A program made the position numbers and the translations under genes. Below, in pieces: positions 58,869 to 64,000 of a DNA stretch of 64,000 nt. How positions within the stretch are numbered: the first letter of the stretch is position 1; every line of letters starts with the position of its first letter. This stretch comes from Myxococcales bacterium (lineage in GTDB: Bacteria > Myxococcota_A > Polyangia > Polyangiales > Ga0077539), in assembly GCA_016792845.1 (NCBI GenBank), contig JAEUKH010000043.1:89846-153845 (forward strand). The letters are read 5' to 3'. Under the pieces are notes generated by a model that saw nothing but the letters and a program-made list of their open reading frames with translations, ran no database searches and was not told the DNA's origin.

Positions 58869-60434
58869 ATGGTCACCCCGAGAGCCTTTACGATGCTGAC
58901 CATCCGATCGCGGCGCGACCTGAACCTGCTTCTTGAGAAGCAAATGACCGCAGCCTCAACCCGCAGCGGGGCCCCTGCGATCGATGAAGAGATCGAGGGT
59001 CGCACGGCGCTCAAGACCTACCTCCTTGAGCCCCACGGGCGCATGCGCGCCGAGCCCCTCGCGGCGCTCTCTGCCTACGCGCGCACCTTCGGCATCACCG
59101 TCGAGGCGACCCAAGACCCAGAGCTCCTGGCGCTCACCCTCGGAGAGCTCCAGCTCTGGCTCGACACCAGCGATCGCCGGGTGTGTCGGCTCTACACCGT
59201 CGGGGCGGCCAAAGACGCCGACCGGGTGCACCTCCAGCTCGTGTCGGGCTCGGGTCTGCTCGAGTGCGTCTGGTTGCCGCCCGAGGCGCTCGAGCACCTC
59301 GCCAACGTGGCCGAGGCGAAGATGGTGCTCTTCTCGCTCCGTCACGACCGGCGGCCCTTGCGGCGCGCCCCTGACGAGCACGGCATCGACTCGGTGACGC
59401 TGCGGTTCTGGGGCCCTCGCGCGAAGCAGACCCTTGAGAAGCTTCGGCAGAGCGAGGTCTTGCCCGACGCCACGAGCGTCTACTCGGTGCGCATTCGGGT
59501 GGGCGACGACGAGCGGTACTGCCTCGCAGAGGCCTTTCACAACGGCAAGCTCACGGCCATCGGCACGAGCTTCGCTGAGCACGAGCGGCTCGTGAACATT
59601 CTCTTGGGCGCGCACGCCGGGCACATCGCCTCGGTCGAGGCCGCACAGGCCGCCTCGCGCGCCATCAAGATCCCCGTGCCGTGGACCACCGACGACCTCG
59701 GATACGCCGTCGCGCGCATGTTCTCAGGCGCCGAGCCCTTCAGGCTTTGGGGCGTGCCGGTGCGCGAGACCGTCGACGGGGTCGAGCACTTTCGGGTGCG
59801 GGCCACCGACCTCGACGTGGGGCGCAGCGCGGCCTTCGTCATCACCCGGCACAGCGCGCAGCTCGAGCTCTCGCCGCGCACCCCGGCCTCGACGGCGATC
59901 CGCTTCGCGTCGGCCTTGCAGTACCACGTCTCGTCGCGCACGCAGATCGACGCCCTCACCGACGAGCCGCTCCTGGCCCTCGCGGCGCCCAAGATCAGCG
60001 AGCAGGGCAGCTTCGGCGAGATGGCCTCGCTGGCCGAGGTGGCGCGGGCGATTCTGCCCGAGGTCTGCGGGCTCTGGGTGCGCTCGATGGGGCAGTTTTC
60101 GACCCGCAACGTGATCGAGTCGACGCACGGCAACGAGCTGGCCACCGAGGCCCTGCACGACCTCGCGCGCAAGGTGCTCGACGAGGCCTCGGCCGGCGAG
60201 CTGCGGCAGTGGCTCAAGCGTGTGGTGTCGCCCGAGGGCAAGATCGCGTGGCGCTTTGTCGACCTCTTGCCCTACGACGCGACGGCGCGGCTGCGCGAGC
60301 TCGTTCGCTTCAACCGGGCGGCGCAGCAGTGTGTCGCGCGGATGAGCGGCACCGAGCTCGCGCGGTGGCTCCAGCTCTCGCTCTTCGCGCCGGCCGAGAT
60401 GGTGACCACCATCACCGACGCGGTCGATGGCTGA
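58869..60434 (+). CDS. Hypothetical protein (521 aa)
   Basis: Long ORF with balanced composition. Its stop overlaps the downstream MFS start by 8 nt (ATGGCTGA). No recognised domain. The exact start is uncertain. Confidence 0.45.
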   Translation: MVTPRAFTMLTIRSRRDLNLLLEKQMTAASTRSGAPAIDEEIEGRTALKTYLLEPHGRMRAEPLAALSAYARTFGITVEATQDPELLALTLGELQLWLDTSDRRVCRLYTVGAAKDADRVHLQLVSGSGLLECVWLPPEALEHLANVAEAKMVLFSLRHDRRPLRRAPDEHGIDSVTLRFWGPRAKQTLEKLRQSEVLPDATSVYSVRIRVGDDERYCLAEAFHNGKLTAIGTSFAEHERLVNILLGAHAGHIASVEAAQAASRAIKIPVPWTTDDLGYAVARMFSGAEPFRLWGVPVRETVDGVEHFRVRATDLDVGRSAAFVITRHSAQLELSPRTPASTAIRFASALQYHVSSRTQIDALTDEPLLALAAPKISEQGSFGEMASLAEVARAILPEVCGLWVRSMGQFSTRNVIESTHGNELATEALHDLARKVLDEASAGELRQWLKRVVSPEGKIAWRFVDLLPYDATARLRELVRFNRAAQQCVARMSGTELARWLQLSLFAPAEMVTTITDAVDG

Positions 60435-61641
60435 CACCCGCCGCGCCCTCGGCGCGATCTTGACGCCGACGGTGGTGACCCTCGGCGTGGTGAGCCTCTT
60501 CACCGACGTCGCCGCCGACATGGTGACGCCCTACCTCGGGCTCTTCCTGACCCGCGAGCTCGGAGCCCAGACCGAGGTGCTCGGGCTCTTGGAGGGCGCC
60601 GCCACGACCCTCTCGGCGGTGATGAAGTGGGTCTCGGGGCGCCTCGCCGATCGGCCCGGGGCGCGCAAGCCGATGGTGTTCTTCGGGTACGCCCTCGCGA
60701 ACCTCGCGCGACCGCTCATGGGCCTCGCGACGGCGCCGGGGATGGTCTTCACGATTCGGCTGATCGACCGGGTCGGCAAGGGGCTCCGCACGACCCCCCG
60801 GGACACCCTCCTGGCCCTCTCGGTGCCGCCCGAAGACCGCGCGACGGCCTTCGGCTTTCACCGCGCGATGGACAACCTCGGCGCCGTCATCGGCCCGCTG
60901 GTCGCCGTGGGGGTGCTCTCGCGCTGGCCGGGCGACCTCCGGCGGGTGTTTCTCGCGGCGTCGATCCCCGGCGCGGTCGCGCTGTTGGTGCTGGCCCTCG
61001 GGGTGCGCGAGGCGCCCGCGTCAGAGGCGAAGGCGACCCCCGAGGGGCCCGTCGAGGCCCGCGCGTCGCGGCCTCCGCGGGTGATCTATTCGCGCGCCTT
61101 TCAAGAGTATCTCTGGCTCGATGCGGTGTTCACCCTTGGCGACGCGAGCGACACCTTTGTGATGCTGCGGGCCACCGACTTGGGTGTACCGCTGACGCAG
61201 CTCCCGCTTTATTGGGGTGCGCTTTCGCTCTTGCGCGCGCTCACCACCACGCCGGGCGGCCGCCTCGCAGACACCATCGGGCGCGCCCGCGCCATTCAAT
61301 ACGGGCGCGCCGCCTACGCCCTCGCGTGGTTGCTCTTCGGCCTCGCCACGCGCCCTTGGCACCTCGCGCCGGCCATCGCGTGTTACGGCGTGTATTACGG
61401 GCTCACCGAGGGCACCGAGCGGGCGATGATCGCGTCGCTCTCTCCCAAAGAGAGCCTCGGCCGCGGCTTCGGTCGGTATCACCTGGTGTTGGGTCTTCTC
61501 ACCCTCCCGGCCTCACTCTTGTTCGGTCGCCTCTATCGTATCGATCACGGTCGCACGGCGTTTATCGCGGCAGCGGCGATGGCCCTGATCGCGAGCCTCG
61601 GCTTGTCACAATGGCGACGCCGCCACGAGCCTGCCGGGTGA
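60427..61641 (+). CDS. MFS transporter
   Basis: 404 aa, ~12 predicted TM helices. …GRLADRPGARKPM… resembles the MFS loop 2-3 motif. Confidence 0.8.
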   Translation: MADTRRALGAILTPTVVTLGVVSLFTDVAADMVTPYLGLFLTRELGAQTEVLGLLEGAATTLSAVMKWVSGRLADRPGARKPMVFFGYALANLARPLMGLATAPGMVFTIRLIDRVGKGLRTTPRDTLLALSVPPEDRATAFGFHRAMDNLGAVIGPLVAVGVLSRWPGDLRRVFLAASIPGAVALLVLALGVREAPASEAKATPEGPVEARASRPPRVIYSRAFQEYLWLDAVFTLGDASDTFVMLRATDLGVPLTQLPLYWGALSLLRALTTTPGGRLADTIGRARAIQYGRAAYALAWLLFGLATRPWHLAPAIACYGVYYGLTEGTERAMIASLSPKESLGRGFGRYHLVLGLLTLPASLLFGRLYRIDHGRTAFIAAAAMALIASLGLSQWRRRHEPAG

Positions 61642-61773
61642 GCGTGGGCCCCCGGCCCTGACTTTCTCTTTGAAGAGCGACCGTCGGCGACGCGGCGGGT
61701 GCGCCCCAAACGCAGAAGGCGAAGTGACGCTCGTGTGAGCATCGCCTCGCCTTCAACGGTGAACGCGCTGCGC

Positions 61774-62301
61774 TCAGCCTTCAGCGGCGGGGGCCTCGAC
61801 GCTCTCAGCCGCGGGGGCCTCGACCGGGGCCTTGGGCTTGCGGGTCGAGCCCTTCTTCGGGCCGGGCTTCTTGCGGGCCGAGCCGCCGCCGGTGCCGCTG
61901 CCGAGCTCGTACTTGGCCATACGGCGCTCGCCGAGCTGCTTCACCCGACCGTCTTCTTTCAGCTTGCCGAGGGCATACTGGAAGGCGCCGCCGTAGACCT
62001 TTACGAGGTTCTGAAGCTCTTTCGACGAGAGGCGCTTGTTCGACTTCTTCAGCGCGTCGTGGATCTTCACCGCGAGGGCCTCGACCTCTTCGGGTGAGCT
62101 CTTCGAACGGCGGCCGCCCTTGGCCGCCTTCGCGCGACCGCGCACGCCGCGCTCGGCCTTGGGCTCTGCGCTCGACGCGCTCGAACGACGGCCCTTGCCC
62201 GTAGAAAGCGTGCCGAGCACCGCCTGACGGAAAAGTGCGAGCAGCTCATCAGCGAACGATCGAACGAGCGAGTCGATCTCTTTCTTGGACACGTTGGCCA
62301 T
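61774..62301 (-). CDS. Lys/Pro/Ala-rich histone H1-like (putative nucleoid-associated) protein
   Basis: Start at MANVSKK with GAGGTG RBS 7 nt upstream. The globular N-part (…KSNKRLSSKELQNLVKVYGGAFQYALGKLKEDGRVKQLG…) is winged-helix-like. The tail (…GGSARKKPGPKKGSTRKPKAPVEAPAAE…) resembles linker-histone C-tails. Confidence 0.5.
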   Translation of the reverse strand: MANVSKKEIDSLVRSFADELLALFRQAVLGTLSTGKGRRSSASSAEPKAERGVRGRAKAAKGGRRSKSSPEEVEALAVKIHDALKKSNKRLSSKELQNLVKVYGGAFQYALGKLKEDGRVKQLGERRMAKYELGSGTGGGSARKKPGPKKGSTRKPKAPVEAPAAESVEAPAAEG

Positions 62302-62834
62302 AACCTTACACCTCAACGCGGAGCTTTCTTATCAAAGTGATGCCTTGTCAAGTGAGATGGTCGCCATAGACTCACTTTAGAACCATCGCATCTCGACTCG
62401 ACGGAGCTCCGCCCTCTCTTCAATGTACGCCGGCGCCCCGCTTCGATGCGGCCCCGCGCTGCGACCGACGGCGCAGCGGGCTGCACCTTCTCTTCACAGC
62501 CCCCCATTGCGAGGCGCGACCCCGAAGCGCATGCGGGGCGCACGCGGGGCCTGGGCATGATTGCAGTGTCAAAGCGACCAACGGAGGCAGTGCGGGGGAC
62601 GAGGCTTTCAATGGTCGATCACGCCGCGGTGGGTTTCCGCGGAGTGACGCCCCGGAGGCGGCGCGTGTCCTGTAGGGGGCGGGGCGCGCCGGGCGCGAAG
62701 AGACCGTAGCCGCGGGAGCGGGTTCTCGGGTAAAGTCTCGGGGTGGGTCGACGGCGCGTCGTCTGTCGGGCGACGGGCGGGCAGAGCGTAGACCGGGTGC
62801 GACGCAGGCTTTTGAGAGAGCGACGAGGGATTCG

Positions 62835-63449
62835 ATGAGCGACGCTGACAAGGATGCTGGTGAGGTCGTGGCGTGGCCGACGGTGCTTGAGGAGGCCTTC
62901 GAGAAGAAGCCCGAGGGTTGGAGCTTCGCCGCGACCACCAAGGCTCCGCCGCTGCGGTACGACGCGCCGGGCGTCACCGTGACCCTACCTGGCGGCGAGA
63001 CCTCGGTGGCCGCGTATTGGTACGAGGCCCGCAAATTCAGCGACGTTTCGATCACCGTCACCCTGGTGGTGCTGTCGGCACAAGAGCCCACCCAGAGCTA
63101 CTGCGGTGTTAGCTTTCGCGCCCTCTCAGACAAAGACAACTATCGTCTGTTCATTGACGGCGACGGGTACTACCGCCTCACCAAGCGCGTCGACAACGTC
63201 TCGACGGCGCTCGTCGATTGGACGCGGCACGACGCCCTCAAGCCCGGCATCGGCGAGGCCAACCGCATTCAGATCGAGGCCGAGGGCACCAAGATCACCG
63301 TGCGCGCCAACGGGCAGCTGTTGACCACGGTGAACGATGACGCCTTTCGCGACGGGCACATCGCCTTGCAGGCGCAGGGCGGCTCGCCTGAGACCGAGAG
63401 CGCCACGGTGTTCGCGTTTCGCACCCTTGAGATCTCGGCGCCGGCCTGA
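62835..63449 (+). CDS. DUF1080 (3-keto-disaccharide hydrolase-like, LamG jelly-roll) domain protein
   Basis: …GYYRLTKR…W…N.IQIEAEGTKITVRANGQLLTTVNDDAFRDGHIALQAQGG… matches the characteristic C-terminal pattern of DUF1080 family proteins. Confidence 0.5.
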   Translation: MSDADKDAGEVVAWPTVLEEAFEKKPEGWSFAATTKAPPLRYDAPGVTVTLPGGETSVAAYWYEARKFSDVSITVTLVVLSAQEPTQSYCGVSFRALSDKDNYRLFIDGDGYYRLTKRVDNVSTALVDWTRHDALKPGIGEANRIQIEAEGTKITVRANGQLLTTVNDDAFRDGHIALQAQGGSPETESATVFAFRTLEISAPA

Positions 63450-63458
63450 GATTTCTGC

Positions 63459-64000
63459 CTAGAACGGCGACGAGAAGAGGGCGTAGCCCTGGTCGCCTCC
63501 CCCCTTCGAGAACCCGCGGGCGTACCCGACCCTGAAGGTGAAGGGCAGGATGTACCCCAGCACCACATCGATGAGCAGCTCGGCCCCGGCCCCCACCGCG
63601 AGGTTGTCGGGGTTGAAGGGGCCGTACCCCGCGTGCCCGACGTCGACGAAGGCGTCGCCAGAGACGCGCTGCACGAAGACCGGCAGCGTGCTCGGCCCGC
63701 GCTGCACCTGCCACACCGGGAAGCGGTACTCGGCGTTGAAGAGCTGGTACTGGCTGCCCACCCTGGCGTACGCGGGGTAGCCGCGCAGGGCCACGCCGCC
63801 GGCCTGGGCGCCGTAGCGAAACGCGTCGAGCAGCGATTGCACCGTGAGTTGCGGGAAGCCCCCGAGCGCGTAGAGCCCGCGCTCGCCGCGGTCGGTGGCC
63901 GCGATGCCCGCGCCGAGGTGGAGGGCCAATACGTGCCGACGGCGGTCTCGCGCGAAGGGCATGGGGATGTACGCGTTGACGCCCCCCGAGACGTCGACGG
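63459..64000 (-). CDS. C-terminal part of outer-membrane beta-barrel protein (Omp85/BamA-like barrel), 5'-truncated by window end
   Basis: The ORF is open to the window edge. Alternating aromatic/Gly beta-strand pattern. C-terminal …GYALFSSPF with terminal Phe. Confidence 0.45.
   Translation of the reverse strand, partial: VDVSGGVNAYIPMPFARDRRRHVLALHLGAGIAATDRGERGLYALGGFPQLTVQSLLDAFRYGAQAGGVALRGYPAYARVGSQYQLFNAEYRFPVWQVQRGPSTLPVFVQRVSGDAFVDVGHAGYGPFNPDNLAVGAGAELLIDVVLGYILPFTFRVGYARGFSKGGGDQGYALFSSPF

Noticed and set aside
62317-62834. tRNA or other structured RNA in long intergenic regions (also 9223..9726, 44090..44204, 48459..48584)
   Set aside because: No T-loop (GGTTCGA/GTTCRANYC) or cloverleaf-like pattern was found on reading. 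The regions are left as putative promoter or leader space.

Overview
High-GC (~70%) bacterial chromosome segment with the hallmarks of a myxobacterial (Deltaproteobacteria/Myxococcota-like) genome. Genes are densely packed and many encode exported Cys-rich lipoproteins. There is an OmpA protein with thrombospondin type-3 repeats, and many eukaryote-like signalling proteins: FHA domains, a Ser/Thr kinase, a PP2C phosphatase, a sigma54 activator and a hybrid histidine kinase. Housekeeping genes are interspersed: rpmI-rplT-pheS-pheT-ihfA, asnS, htpG, pruA, queE, a peroxiredoxin and a PlsC-type acyltransferase. No rRNA, tRNA, CRISPR array or recognisable transposase was seen by eye.

The most striking feature is a full-length homolog of the eukaryotic major vault protein (MVP) at 30768..33233 on the minus strand. 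It is followed on the same strand by a 562-aa coiled-coil protein. Next to it sit a divergently transcribed CheY-like response regulator and an unrecognised all-helical protein built from four ~90-aa internal repeats. Together these look like a candidate bacterial vault-like locus.

Other notable items:
- Two lipoproteins (9727..10524 and 41684..44089) share a distinctive tandem Cys-rich module (HCGxCGxxC ... CDG ... NGCExD).
- A signal-peptide-bearing protein carries permuted PEP-utilising and PPDK_N ATP-grasp domains.
- A PP2C phosphatase is fused to a cNMP-binding domain and is translationally coupled to a FecR-like lipoprotein gene.
- Two lipoprotein genes contain in-frame tandem DNA repeats (15-bp x9, 36-bp x3).
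- A Lys/Pro-rich histone-H1-like small protein is present.
- A 40-aa basic small ORF is missing from the ORF track.

Many long ORFs in the six-frame track are antisense or alternate-frame artefacts of the high GC content and were rejected.
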